A stretch of 64,000 bases of DNA from Fonticula alba ATCC 38817 (lineage: Eukaryota > Protista > Nucleariida): NCBI GenBank assembly GCA_000388065.2, contig KB932204.1, one strand, 5' to 3'. The position numbers and the translations under genes are program-made. Each line of letters starts with the position of its first letter. Positions within the stretch are counted from its first letter, which is position 1. This document shows positions 38,110 to 52,405 of the stretch, in pieces. The notes below the pieces were generated by a model, which searched no databases, had not been told where the DNA came from, and saw nothing but the letters and a program-made list of their open reading frames with translations.

Positions 38110-38187
38110 TGGACACCGGAGGTCCGACGGACCGAGGGCCATTTGAAGTGAAGGCCTGACCCTCCTCCCCGAGGAGCAAAAGGGAAT

Positions 38188-38260
38188 TTCCCATACCGGG
38201 ACTCGAACCCGGGTCTCGTGGGTGAGAGCCACGTATCCTAACCACCTAGACTATATGGGA
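38188..38260 (-). tRNA. tRNA-Glu(CTC)
   Basis: TCCCATA/TATGGGA stem, loop CTCTCAC, GTTCGAGTC T-loop, T4 at 38178-38181. Confidence 0.97.
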
Positions 38261-39429
38261 GATCTTGCTGGGGCCCACGCCTCGTGCGCTGAAATCCCGG
38301 AAGCCGGCCACCGCCGGACACGCGCCCACGGCCGGCTTGCCCCCCCCCTCCCGGCTCGGCCGCGCCCCGGCTCCCGGGCGCACATCGGGCACCCCTGGCC
38401 CAGGGATCTCACGCCCTCGCGGGGACCGGAGAGCCCGAGGCCTGCCGGGCCGTCGGGGCCCGTGGGACGCTGCCGCGCGTGGGCCCCCGCGCCGCCGCCT
38501 TTGCCGGGGGACGGCGGAGCGCATCAACACCCCCTCGCGCAATGCCACCTCTCGGCCGCAGGTGGGCGCGGCGCTCGCGGCACACGACCCGGCCGTGCTG
38601 CCGCATGTCGGCCCCCGAGCCGACTCGCGGTCCGTGGCCTGGGATCTGGCCGGCCGGCCGCCCGGGTCCCGGTACCCCAGCCGATGATCGCATCCTCTCC
38701 GACTCCCCCCTCTGCCTTGGCCAATGGCCATCTCATGCTCCGCGCTTGGCTTCCGACGCGGCTCGGTGCCGGGACCGCGCCTTCCGGGTCGCTGCGAGAA
38801 GGACCCTCGGCCAGCGCTCCGCCCCCCCCCCCTGTGGGTCCAGATTCTCCCTCAACGTCGGCCGCTTCAGGGGTCTCGGCGGCACGCGAGGGTCGACCCA
38901 TCGCCCGGGGCCGGCACCCTCCCGCAGACCGATGCACGCGGCGCTCTGGGCAGGGCGGCCGCGCGTGCGTGCTCCTGGCCCGGACCCGGGCACATGGCCA
39001 CAAGGCCAACCGCACGTCCACCCGCACCGGCCTCCCCCTGCCCGTCGTGCTCCACCACGCTCGCCTGGGCCCGGGCCCGACTGTGTCCTCGGCCCTCCTC
39101 CCGAGCAGGGCACATCTGTCCGGGCTGCAGGACTCATGAAAAAGCCCCGGCCGCCCCGGGGACCGCCCACCCCCGGCGGGCCACCACGACTCGGCCGCAC
39201 GCCGGACGCCCCTCCAGCCTCGCACGGCACAACACCCCCCTCCCTTGGCGCCAACCCCCCGGCACCCCGATCGGCCATTTGATCGGGGGAAAATACCCCC
39301 CTCCCCCTCGAAGGGGGGGCGGCGGGCCCCCCGTTGCTGTCTTTTCTCCCCATGCCGGCCGCCCCCGCCGGGCCCTTCTCCACCCCCCGCCCCTGCCTGC
39401 CTCTCGCGGCGCGTGCAAAAAGGACGATG

Positions 39430-39511
39430 CATCACCGGCAGGATTTGAACCTACGCGGGCAGAGCCCATCCGATTTCTAATCGGACTCCTTAACCACTCG
39501 GACACGGTGAT
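39430..39511 (-). tRNA. tRNA-Ser(AGA)
   Basis: ATCACCG/CGGTGAT stem with G73, loop TTAGAAA, long variable arm GGGCTCTGCCC, GTTCAAATC T-loop, T5 at 39417-39421. Confidence 0.96.
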
Positions 39512-40140
39512 CTGCCGCCTGCACGCCTTTTCCCATACTTGATTTCCTCCATCCGGATCTTCGGCTCGGGCCCCCGGTCCGGGGGCCGGACGCGCAGAAA
39601 ACGGGGGCGTCGTGCGAACGAGTGGCCGGGGGGGGGGGGGGGGTGAAAAGAGCCCCCAACTGGGGGAGTCCCCCCTCCTTCGCCCCCTCCTTCCCCCCGT
39701 GGAGAAGGCGTGCCTGGCCATGGGGCCGGCCGCCGTCCCCGAGCGAGGGGGAGGCGCAGCCACCCCAACAGCCAGCGCACTCCCCGCCAAGGGAGTGCCC
39801 CTTTTTGGTGGGCTGGCAGCATCTTCGCCTGGGGGCAGGGCAAGGGACCACGCCCCGATCTGGCGCGGCACCTCCGGCGGCCGAGGAGGCCCCCAAAGGG
39901 GCAGCAAGAGCGAACAACCCTCGCGGGGCACCCTTCCCGGGCGCACCACCACCTCCACGCTCCTTCCCTGCGGCGGGGGCCGGGAAAAAAAGGCTCTCCC
40001 CGAGAATCCGGTTCCCAGGCCGGGCACCCATGTACAAGAGGCCGCCTCGTGCGCTCGTCCACCGGCGGCGCCCTCCCGGCTGTTTCCCGCGTCCCCCCCT
40101 CCCCCATTAACACACACACAGAGACTTTCTTTCTTGACCC

Positions 40141-43100
40141 ATGACCCATAAGCCCCTGCTCTACTTCTGGGCCGTGGTGGCCGGTGCCCCGACCACGGTC
40201 GACCAGGTTGACGCCCCCATCCCCGACTACCAGTGCCTCGAGGAGCACATGAGGTCCACCCGGGCAACCTTCATCCAAGGCCAGGTGCTTCCGCTCGGGC
40301 CGATTGCCCCACCCCGCCGCCAAACACCTCGCCATCCAGCAACTCACCTGCCCCCGGCCTTCCTCCCCGGGCCGATGCACCGCCCGGCCGGCTCAGGAAA
40401 CCCTCTACCTGCCGGGCGTTATCCTCCGGCCCAGGGCTCTTGTCGGCGAATGTGGCAGATTGATGGCTGGCGCCGTCACGCCCGATACGGTCATCGCCTT
40501 GGAAGGGGCCACTCCCGCCATCGATCAGGCCCTCAATGGGCCCAACCTTTTGCGGTGTGCCCTGCCCGGTCTGGAGCTGCCTCTCCCCGTGGGCGAGCAC
40601 TTCGTTTCTCCGGCCGGCTTCAGTTCCTTTGCCAACATCCCCACAGCCCCGGTGGTCTTTCGCGTGGTGCCCGCCATCTTTGCGGCCCTCTTCGCTCCGC
40701 TCTCCGGCAGCAACCCCACAGCTGTCGGCTTCCGCACCGTCTCCCCCCAAGCTCTCGATGTGCTTTTTCTGTGCGCCCTGAGCCCCCCCGGCGGGCAGCC
40801 AGCCACCCTCCTTCTCCGAGCTTCGTCCTTCTTCCCCCCCCCCTCTCTTGTCCTTTGGCCACATGCCCGTATGCTCACCGGGAATCTTGCCCCATGTCTT
40901 GATTCGCCCCCCCTCCCCCCTTCACTCACACGCGCATACTCATCTGCAAATGCCCCGCCCCGGGGCCTTCATCACTCCGGACGTCTCCAAGCCCCGATAC
41001 CCATTTCGCTTTCCGGTCTGGACCCTGCGCACTGACGTTTGCCGAGGAACTGCAGCGTCTATTTGGCGACCAGGCATCCTTGCGCTTGCTTCCCATGTCG
41101 CATCCCCCGCCCTTCCTACATTCGGCCTACCTCAGGCAGGTCCCCGCTGACGACATTTCCCTGCTCAATTACTCGTCATTCCGCAGCGCCAGCTCTCTGT
41201 TTGAGTTGGGCATGCGCCTGCTATTCAAGGGCCAGGTGCGCCGGGCTTCCCGGGCCACGGGTCTTGGAGGGTGCTGCCCATGCCGCTGACAACCATCTCT
41301 CTCTCACTCCCGCACCCCCCTTCGGGCGTTCTCTTCCCGGGCCACCCACCCCTCCGCCCATCTCGCCCTCGTCGCTTCCCGGTCCTGGGGGCGGGGGTCT
41401 TCTTCCGAACACACTGGCACCCGGCCCCCTGAATGGCGCTTCCCCCCCCCCCCCCAGGCACATGTGGATGGCCGCCAGTTTGTGCACCTCCTGGATCACC
41501 AGCTCCAGGATGTACCCTACGGTCTTGTCCATGAAGACACATGGGTGTCCCCCAAGCTCCTCCGGCTGCCCGATGTTCAGCTCCTCGGCCAGAAGCAAGA
41601 CTTGCAGCTGCGTCTGTTGCCCAGTGTCCTCGCCCCCCCGGGCATGGTCATCATGTCCGACCGGGCTTCCGCGCGGCTTGGCCTCCCGCCCGAGCCCTGT
41701 CGAGCGGCATTCCGCACGAAGGATGCCTCCCTGCTCCGGGTGATTGTCCTGTCGTACGGTCCTCCACATGTGCCTCCCTCTGGCCATCCCCCCCTTTCGG
41801 GTGCACTCACCCTTCACCTTGTTCCCTCTCGCCGCCGCCGCCGCCGCCTCGTTCCCTGCTCGTCGCGACCCCGCACACCATCATCAATGCGTGCCTCTGT
41901 CACGCCGCATCAGGTCGGCAATGGCCAGCCTCGGCGCCAAGGTCCTCCTGCCGGTTCGCTTCTCATCCACCCGTCGACCATCGACGCCCTGGGCAGTCCA
42001 GACGCCGAGGTGTTCCTCGGTCCGGACGACCATCAGCCGATTGACCCGTCGGTGCTGGTCGCCGGTATGTCCGAATCCCGGCAGCTGGCTCGGGCTCGCC
42101 CGGCCACGGTCCACATCGACGGCCGCCCCTGGTCGTCGATGACGCTCCGGCTGGACCAACCCCTTCCGGCCTGCACTCCGGCCTGCACCATGGCCATCGG
42201 CCAGAAGCGGCCCACCGGCTCCGGCCACGCCTTCCACTATGTTCGCATGGGCCAAGGCCCTGCCATTGGTCTCACGTACGTCCCTTCGCTCGTGTGGCCG
42301 ACAGCCGCGCTCCCCGGCGGCATGGCAAGCTCCGGCGCACAGACCCTCGCCGAGCACCTGCGCAGGCCATTTCCCACACATACAAACACACACTCAGAGA
42401 AAGCGAGAGAGCGAGACCAGCTTTCTTGCCCCGGCCATCGACCGCCCTTCGGGCATCTGAACAGACCTCATCAAGCTGACCCCCCGCCCGCCCGCCCGCC
42501 CCCCCCCCCTTCCCTTGCACTTCCCACCGCGCAGATTCGATGACTCCCTTCCCGAGGGGGATATCAAGCTGTCGGCCGACCTCCTGTCTTGGGTGATGCT
42601 GCACGGCCCGCAGCAGTTGGAGCTCCATGTCCTCGCCCTGGACGCGCCCCTCGCTGCCATTGCCATTGGCGGCAGTCCGCCCGGCACGCACACCGCCGGC
42701 CCTGCCGGGGGTCGGCCCGCTGCGAGCCTCCACGCCACAGGGTCCTCCGGCCCGACGACCGGCTCCCCGGCTTCCCAGGTGCGTCCTGGGCACATGGTGC
42801 GAACGCGCGTCCGGACCATGCCTGACCCATGGCGGCTGTCCTCCTTCCTGCCCTGCCCCCCCCGCCCGCCCCCGCGCGCGCCTATTCCATGACCGGCGCC
42901 TTGCCGCCGCTCGGTGCCGGGGTTCAGAATGGCAGCCACGCCACCCACCTCCAGAGCTCCAGCCGCCCGGCGCATGGTGATCACATCCTGCTGGGCGTTC
43001 ACGGGCAAATATTGCAGCATGCCACATTGCAGGAGGGGCTCACGCGCACATTGAGCCGCCCCTCGTCCCCCCTGCCCCACCGGCGTCTGCCCCATGAATG

Positions 43101-46100
43101 CCTCGTCTCCATCTCCCTCACCGAGCACTTCGTCGTCACCTCCCGAGTGGACCCCATCCCTCGGCACGGGATGCCGTGCATCTTCATGCACCCGCGAATC
43201 TGGCACTTTCTCCACGAGACCCTGGCCCCCACGCGGATGCATGAGACATCTCCCCCATTGGTGCTCTTCAGCCATGTCATCTGCGAACTCCAGTGCGTTT
43301 GGCCCCTTGTCGGCCTGCTCTCGGGCGAGGGCCTCCTGCCGCTCCAACCACCATCCCTTTCCCTGTCCGGCCTTGCGGCCCCACTCACTCGGCAAGCATG
43401 GCCACCAGTGTCTGGTCGGCGAGCTGCTCCCCGCCAGTGGGCCCCGACCCTGGCCAGGTCGACGTCCTCCTCCCGCCCACCATCATGCCTCGCGCCACCA
43501 AATACCCCAGCCAATCGATCAGCCCATCCCTGTTCCAGATCAAGATCCTCCATCCGGCCCGGGAGCTCGATGTCCATGTCCAGGCTCCGGGCTGGCCACT
43601 GCCCGAGGGCCACTCGCCCGCCTTCATGCAAGCCCTCGTCTCGTGCCTGCATTCTCACATGGCCGCCGTTCGGGCATTGAGCTCTCGCGTATGTCCATCG
43701 ACCCATCCACCCGCCTGCCCACGGGCCACGATCGCACCCGGCCCCAGGGTAGACCGCCGCTCGGCGCCCGGCGCCCCCTCTCCGGGTCTTGTGGCCCACA
43801 TCCCCCGCGCCCCCTGCGGGATAGGGTCGATCCCCGACGGCTACCCCGCCACTGGCCACATCTGGTGGACTTACGTTGCTCCTTCTTTTTAATCCCCCTC
43901 CCCCCTCCCCTCCGCTGGCCCCTTCGCCTCCTCGCAGTCCTACGTCCTCCCTGCCGGCACCATCCCAGGCTATCCGAATGTCGGTGAACTCTACTACAGC
44001 ATCCCTGCAGGACGAGCATTCGGCCCCGACGACAAGGAGCCCCGGGCCTTGGTCTACTCTTCGGACACCATGCTGAAGGTGGTTCTCGGCAAGCCGATGG
44101 TCCTCTTGGCAGAGGGGACCGCGCCCCCGACCCACACCCCGGCCCGACTCAAGTTCCTTGCGGTCGACATCCAGACGCCCACCGACCATCCTCTTGCACA
44201 CCAGCACCTGGAGTCCATGCTCAAGAGTCACATTGCCGCCCATCCAGGCCCCTGTCCCTTGGTACATTCCCCTTCCCCCCCCCCCCCCTGAGACGGGCCA
44301 ACTCGAGCTGCCTGTTGCTTGCTGCTTGCCTGCTGTGGCCTTGCATCTCGTCTTTGGCCTCGAATCTCCTCCTGCCCTGTCATCGCCCTCCCCCCCCTCT
44401 CCTACACACACACACACACCCACATGTACATATATTCACGCACACGCAAATAACAGACCGGCTCCATGGAAGACCCCACCAGTGGGCTCCCAGTGGCATT
44501 CCACATCAGGCTGCTGCTGACAGACCAAGGGGCCGCCACTCCAGGAGGACGCTTCGACCCGGGCTTTACGGCCATCCACTTCGGACCTCGACCGGGGTCC
44601 GGCGCCATCATCACCGACGCCCCAACGGTCTTCCTGCTTTCGTCGCCCAGCCGCCCCGGCCACATGGTGCCCTTCCAGGTGACACAGCCCCCTCGCCAGA
44701 GCCCCTTTTTGACGGACGCCTTCATCCTGCCCGAGCATTACCGCCAACTTGTGCACCTGGCCGCCGCACGGCAGCCCTGCACCCTGTCCCTCGGCGATGC
44801 CGACCGGCCACATATTCCCCCCCTGGCCTTGAGGTATGCCCCACATGGCCCCATGCGCTTCCCATGGCCACCCTCGGGCTTTTCCCTCCCCCTTTGCCCT
44901 TGCCATTGACGTCCCCCCCCCCCCCCCCTCGCCGAGTAAGAACTACCTTTGACAGCTTCTCCCGGGCCAATTGCGCAAGCACCTGCTCGACATGTCTGGA
45001 CCGCAAATTCATCAGCACTTGCTTTTCCTGGGAGTGCTGGTCCACGGCCTCGTTGCCGCACTCGGAGGAGGCGCCCTGGTGCCATGCCCACCAGGGGCCT
45101 CCCACCACGGCATGTGCCACCGAGCTGCAGCCCACCCAGTCCGGACTTCCGTCCTTGATCATTCCCCTTCAAAACATGGCCCAGTGGAATGTCCTCGGGT
45201 CGGTGAGGACATTCACCCTGCACGCCGCCGCCGACCCCACCACGGAGCCTCCTCAACCGCAGTCGGTGTGTCAGTCCACCGCCAAGGCCGTCTCGCGTCC
45301 TTCCTGGCGGCACACCCATCTTACACATGCCACCATGCCAGAGGACCACCCCCATCCCATGATCACAGAGCTCACTCAGACCCCCCTCCCCCCTCTCCCA
45401 TGATGGCACCTCTCTCTCTCTCTCTCCCGCTCGCCCGTTAGATCCCTCGCACGCATGGGCTCTCGCCGGCCGAAGCGTCAGGAGATGCCCCCCGCGACAC
45501 GGCAATCACCCTGCCTGGCCCCGAGGACCAGCTCCCGGACTCCGATACCCCGGGCCAGTCAGGCCCCGACCAAACGTGCGCACGCGTCTGGCCCCCGTTG
45601 CTCCAGGATGCCGCCTCTCCCTGACCCCACCCCTCTCGCCACCTCGGACGGGCTCCCCAAGTGTCGCCGTCATCTGCCTCATCCTGAGTGACTTCTCCGA
45701 GGGAGACTACCAACACATGAGTTGGACCCTGCGCCGGGTGCTGTCATTCCCCTCTCTCATCATCAGAGATCGGGTATGTGTCTCCTCCCCCCCCCCCCCC
45801 CCCCCCCCCCCCCCTGCCGCCTGCCCCGGCCCCCTGGCCACACATCTTCCCTCTCCCCGTCTCGCCAAGCCAGCCCTCGATTTCCCCATACGACACACTC
45901 ACAGCAAGATGGATGCCGGCCCTGGCCACTGCCCCCTTGGCAGGTGGCCCATGCATGCCAGCTGGCCGGCCTCCCGGCCAAGGACACGGTGCTGGCCGAC
46001 CCTCGCGGCCAGCCGATGGACCAGGGCCACGTCGACCCGCGCCAGACCATGATCGTCTTCTACTCGGCCGGTGGCCGGATCAACGGTCATCCGAGCATGC

Positions 46101-47284
46101 TTTGGATTGATACCTCGGGCCTTCCGGCCGGCCGGCACTTCTTTCTCCAGATCCTGCCCCATAGAAACAGCGATAGTCCCATGTCCATGTATGTCCCGCC
46201 GGCGGTCCATCGGGCTTTGCTCCAAGCAGCTCCCCCTCGCCCGCCCTCCCCGACGGCCGATGCACATGGCCATCGCACGCCCAGCCCGCCCATCTCCTCG
46301 AATGCTCGGACGCTCCTCAAGTTTTCGCCCCCTGCCGTCCAGTCTCCCGAGCACGCCATGCCCTTCTCGACTGCGGGCTCTCTGGCGCAAGGTGTCATGG
46401 ACATCGTCGCCCAGACGCCCCTCCACTTGAATGGCCTGGGCTATGTCCTTCAGTACGCCACGGCTCCCCCGGCTGCGCGCTGCCAACACTGGGAATCACC
46501 CCGACGGGCGATCCCCCCCCCCCCTCCCCACCATGCTCCCAGCTCGGCTTCTCTCCTGACTTCAATGCACATTCCTCCGCCACCCGTCGCCACATCCTCC
46601 CCTTCAGTGACCATGGCTCCCGGGATGTGTCCTGTTTGGTCCCCTGCCGCTGTTGTGGAGGCCATGCCCACATCCTGCTCTGCAAACACACACCGACGCA
46701 GTGTGTGCCCAACACGCCGGATGAGGCTGCCACATCGCCCAGCACTTTGCTCTGCACCGATGTGAACCACATCAAGATCGCACAGGACAATGCACTCGGC
46801 ACGGCGCCGGCCATCCTCCCGCAACCTCTTCGCCAGGGGGTCGCCATCATGCCATCGACATTTGCCCCCTTGTCCTTCTCCGGCTCCCTCATCCGCATGA
46901 CTCGCCATGTATCCAGCCCCAACGCCACAAACCCCCACGTGCCCATTCGACACCTGGTCATGGCTGTCTCCCTCGACCGCTCCACGATGACGAGCCATCA
47001 CCCGGATTACCTCGAGTTCCGCGCCCGGCTCTTCCTTACCAAGCACTTTTCCCACTGCACGCTCCACTTGCCAATGGTGCGTCATACATCAGCCGAACAT
47101 CCGCATGCCACGCCCTGGAGAGCACCTCGACTGCCTTCTTTCGCGGGAGAGCGACAACAAGAGCCAGATCACCCTTCCTCCTGCCCATCTGCCCGCCTTC
47201 TCTCGCCCATTAACATCCCACATGTCGATGTCCACGCCTTCGATCATCCTTTTGTGCCTCCTTGCCGGGGGCCGGCGACCTCTT

Positions 47285-47316
<32 letters not shown>

Positions 47317-47580
47317 GATGTACAGATGTTCCAGACTCCCTATCTCTCTTGTCGGGTCGCTGCCATGGTCGACGACCAGGGGACCTCCCTTCGCTCGGGC
47401 ATCTTCATTGGCCATGCCCCGCAAGAGGCGATAGTCGCCCAACATGCCACACCCCATCTTCATGGGCGCGCCCCGGCGGTACCAACTGGTACTCGGATTT
47501 CTTTCATCTGGCCAGGCGGTCGGCCAAGCACATATATCCGGAGGCCGATTAGAATCATTCCCATCCGTTACCGCGACTAG
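40141..47580 (+). CDS. Large multi-exon orphan host protein (roughly 15 exons, roughly 1,900 aa) with a recurring double-psi-barrel-like motif
   Basis: A chain of GC3-rich coding segments in changing frames, separated by GT(G/A)(C/T)G...YAG introns (for example 40285-40340). Final stop TAG at 47578-47580. Not all junctions resolved; it could be two genes. Confidence 0.65.
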
Positions 47581-50500
47581 CCTGCTCGCCACCCGTCGCC
47601 TCCCCCTCCCTTTCCTGCTGTTCGAGGAATAGATCATGCTCTTTCGGCCCATTGTTCTCGTCCCGGCGTGGTTTTTTGCTCCTCGGGCTCGGGTCGCCCG
47701 CGATGAATGCCTCCTGGTGTGGCCGTGCTTGCGTGCCCTGTCCGACTGATCCTCGCCTCTCCCTCCGCATGGAGCCCACTGCCATGCGAAGCTCACCTCT
47801 TTCCGGCGGCCTCCCTCTCCCATGGACGGCGTTCGCCGAAGCATGGCCCCGGTGTCGGCGAACCGCCTGGCCAGGGCCTGCTGATGGTCCCATGAATGGA
47901 CCCAAGCGCCCGCGCCGGGCACGTCCAGCCAAAGCCCCTCTCCCTTCATCGGGCGAGGGAGGCCCCGAGGATGTGCTCTGCTGACCTTGTGTCGGTCCAG
48001 CTCCGCGCGGCCAACCCCCCCCCCCCCTCCCAGCCACGGGCGGCAAACACAGCCACAGGAGCCTGGAATGGAAAAAGAAAAGACCACCCTTGCTGCTCCC
48101 TCGGCTGGACCCAGGCCGCCGGCAAGATTCCAGGCCCCGATGTCCTGGCGACATGGCTACTCAGGCGTGGGGCGGAGGGGGACAGCCAGCGCCGGGCTCT
48201 TGGCCTGTTGAAAGCCACGAGACAATATGGCGACCAGGGAGGGGGGGGGTCATCTTTTTCGCAGGCACTCCTCTTGTGGTGCGAGTGGCTGTGCATTTGG
48301 ATCTCCGGCCCTCTGCTTGCGGCTGCCCGAGGAGGAGCTGCCTCATTCGCTTCTCCCTCCTTTCTCTGATCTCATCGTCGGTCGCCATCGCCAGTCTTCG
48401 CGCGGGCCTCTGCTCTAAGGGGGCCGAAGTACGCACCCACCCACCCGTACACACACACACGCGCGCGCGTGGGCGCGCGCGCGCGCTCCCAGGCCCCAAA
48501 CGCCCCCTCTTGCGATACCTTCCCGCTCCCGGACCGGCGAAGGCGGCCTCCAAACGGGAGCCATCGGGCCGCGTGGGCCACACGTCCATTCGGGCATGCC
48601 GCTCGATGAGGGTCCCTGTAGGGGCGAAAGAACGCTCGAGCTACACCCAGCCCGCTGGCTTGACAGGCCGGCGGCCTTGGGCCAGGGAGAGCCTCACGGC
48701 ACCACATGCCTGGGCCCATCTCCAGGGGGCTGCCTTGTGCGATGACGGCGAGGAAAGTCCCTCTTGCCCGCCAGTCGGGGGTGCACCCCCCCCCCCCCCC
48801 GGAGCGAGTGTCAGTTCCCACCCCGGCCGCAGGGGCGGCCGAGTCGGCCCCCGCAGCGCCAGCCATGGAGGTCCGGCCCGTTTGCCGTTGCTGGTCGCGC
48901 AATCTCAGCGCCCTATGGCCGCCTCCTGACGCGGACCCGGCCCCACAGGCGGGCGTCGTCCATGCTCGCGGCCTGGCGCCCGAGCGGCGAAATGGGGCAT
49001 CCTGCCGCAGGCGTCCCTGAGGCCGCAACTCCGCTTGCATACCTCCACCTCCCGGGCCCGGCAGGGCGAGCATCTGACCCCCTCCAAGCCACGCCGGGCC
49101 CCCAGCGCCCGCCCTGTCCGGGGCTCGGGCGATGGCCGCACCCAGGCGCCAGAGCCGTCCCCATGCGCAGGGCGGCGGAGGACGCCACCGCCCGGGGCCC
49201 CTTGCCTGCAACCATGGCGGCCACATCCGCCCGGCGGGCTGGGGATGGCAGCCCTCGAGGACAACCACGGCTCTTTTCCATGGGAAGGGGGTGCCTGCAC
49301 CCCGCCGAACCTCGCGCCTTGAAGGAGACAGTCCCTGGGCGGCTGCACTCGCGTGTCGCACTTCAGGCACCCGGCCCAGCCCGCACGGCAGCCCACATGG
49401 ACAGAGCCCATTCCGAAGAACAGCCATGCGGCACTGCGTCTGGTCGATCCTGGTGACGCGGGCGGCAGGGAACACACCCGAGCCCCAAATGCCCAAGGGC
49501 AGCCCTACCAAAGCCCCGGAGCCCTGCTGCCTCCGGCCGGCCGGCCCTCCAGGGCCCCAACAAGAGGGACATGCCCAGGGCAAACCCGGCCCAGCGCCGA
49601 GACCCGTGCGGCCGGGTTGAGCGCCGGGCCGGCCGAGCTGCGCCGCACGCGTGCCTTGAAAGCGGGCGTCTGCTGCCGCGATTCGGCCACCGACGAGCCG
49701 GCACTGCAAGGCCGGACGGTCGCTCGCCAGGATGCCGGGGCGCATGGCGCGCGCAGGCGGCAACCGCTGCCAGCGGCGCACCCAGCCGGTGCCCGGCGAG
49801 AAGCATCCCGTCTCGAGATTGGCTCCAGTCTCGAGGTCCGGAGCAGGACAAGCACCCCCCAGGCAGGGACATCTATCCGCCCGGCAGTGTGGCCATCCTC
49901 GATGGCCAGTCTGTCGGCCGCCCGATGGCCCTGCTTGCCTGTGCTCCTGCGGGCCGCCCTCCCATCCCCCAAAGACCCTGCATCCCGGGGGCCCGGTGTG
50001 GGGTCATTCATCCGTGATCCTGCACGCAAGAAGGTGCACCGCGGCTGCCGGGAGATTGCGAAGCCGCGCCAGTGCCATCTCCCCGCCCCCCCTGCCCCCC
50101 TCCCGCCGGATGCGCGAGTGTCGAGTCGCCACACGCACCGGGGAAGATCGCAAACCGGGCCCAGCATGATGGCTAGGATCCTCCCCCCCTTCCTTCCGCC
50201 CGAGGCCCGCCAGCCATTTCAAAGAGACCACCCCCAGGGCGGGCCCCTGGGCCTATGACCGAGCCCGTGCAGGCTGCTTCACCGACATGCCTCCGGTCCA
50301 TCGGTCCCTCGACCGACAAAGGGCCAGGTGACAGACAGACAACTGCTCAGCCGCTCCCTTCCCTCCGGACGAGGCGACTCCCCAGCCCGGGCGGCCATGT
50401 GCAATGTGGCCGCCCTCGCCATCGGCCTGCATGCACATTGCTCGGTACCCCCGGCCCCAGGCAGTCGTCCCAGCCCGGTCGACCACCGTCACCCCGCAAC

Positions 50501-51379
50501 CCGGGCATGGCCCGTGAAGGGGTCCCTGCCACCGGATCACACGCCCTAGGGGGACACCTCCCCACCACCGGCCCGTGCATCTGGCGCCCAGCACCGGTCG
50601 CCGGTGGCCGGGCATGTTGCGTCCCCCCGCAGGCCAACCGATCGCCCGGGCACCAGTAAACCGTCCCACTGACGCCCGGGGCACCGGGAAGTCTCCCGTC
50701 GCCGGCCAGTGGCCATATACATGGCCCAGAGCCAGCCACCCTAGCGAGGGTGGCACACCCGGGAGCTGGTACATCGCTCGACCCGACCGGCGGCCGAGCC
50801 CCCCCCCCCCCCCCCCCCCCCNNNNNNNNNNCCCCCCCCCCCCCCCCCCCACGCCCCGTCGAAGTCGTCCATTTCCCAAGAAGGCCTGCGAGCCATGCCC
50901 TCGCGCCGATCTGCCCCTCTCCTGCTGGCACTTGTTGCCTCTCTCCAATGATGCAGCCACGGCAACCCCAGGGGGGCTCCCTCCACCTTGCCCTCGGGGA
51001 GTCCCGCCTCTCGGCGTCGAGGTCGGGGCCGGCGTCCAGCCGCCGGCCGCATGAAACGTCCCCCGGATTTACGCCGATTCCCTTTCCCCGACGAGGCACC
51101 ATGCGCCAGCTCCCAGCGTCGACTCGATTGCCTTCGGCCCGCCCATTGGCAGCTCGTGTTCCCCCCCCCCCCCCCTTTCCGAGGGCGGGCTGGCAAAATT
51201 AGCCCCGCACAAATACGGCCCCGATGACGGCAAACGAGCGTGCGTGGGCGGGGCAAGGGGATATATGGGGGGGGGGGGGGCAGGGAGTGTCGGACGAGAA
51301 GGGCGACAAAAAAAAGGACACAGAGAGAAGAGCAGCGGTCTATTAGGGAGGCTTCGAGGCAGGTGTCTTCCCCCGACGC

Positions 51380-52336
51380 TCAAATGTAGAAATGGACAAG
51401 ATCCTCCGGCCCGTCGGGCGTGTCATTCAGCTGGTCATCCTGATTGTCGGCAAAGAAGTTCAGGGAGAAGGTGCGGAACTTCTCCTCGCTGCTGCCGCCC
51501 GGGCCGAACACATTCGACCCGGAGGCCGAGATGGAGGCCTGCCACTCGCGCTGTACCCGGTCCAGGGTGAAGGGCTTCTGCGGCAGGGCCGGAATCGTCG
51601 GCTCGGTGGCGCCAGTCTCCGGCCCCTCGTCGGCCCCCTCCTCCAGGCCCTCCAGCGGGAAGTGCAGGATGGCCGCACAGCCGGTCAGCGCATCGAGACG
51701 CTCGCCGGCCGGGTGGGCCGACTTGAAGATGTGCACCCGACCGCCGGTCAGGGTCACTTGATTCATCAGCTCCGTGTACTGGTCCCGGTGGGCCTGAATC
51801 GCCTGGGCCAGGGCATTGACATCGTAAGCCGATCCCGGAGGGCCAGGCTCCAGGCTGACGTTCGTCCCACGGACCACGGTGTCCGTCACGAGCAGCACCT
51901 TCACAGCGCTCATGTAGGCCGCGGCCTGGACCTGGGGGAAGGCTGTATAAAAAGGGCCGACAGGAGGCGGCACCGCGGGGAGAGGGATGCAGAGGGAGGC
52001 GGGGAGAGAGAGAGGGAAAAAGACAGAAAGAAACAACGAGACAGAGAGGGAGGGCGAAAGAAAGAACACATGGGGTAAGCAGGGAGTCGCCCGGGAAAGA
52101 CCGGTCGCCCGGAAGGGAAGGAGGAAGACATGGGAAAAAAAAGGACCGGAGGCGAGGGGGCGAAACGCACAATACGTCGTGAGCATGGGATTGTTGTTGA
52201 GCGAAGAGAAAAACTCATCCAGCACAACAACATCCTTGGTCAAGGGCTCCTGCGCCAGGGCCCGCGAAATGTTCGGATCGGAGAAGATCTCTGCCAGGGA
52301 AGACACGTCAGCAGCAAGCACCACACCTCCCTGCCT

Positions 52337-52405
<69 letters not shown>

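Noticed and set aside
47600-51300. ORFs between the orphan gene and pelota (for example 48372-49781 minus, MATDDEIRERREKR at 48390 minus)
   Set aside because: No consistent codon bias, splice chain or domain; possibly decayed family fragments.
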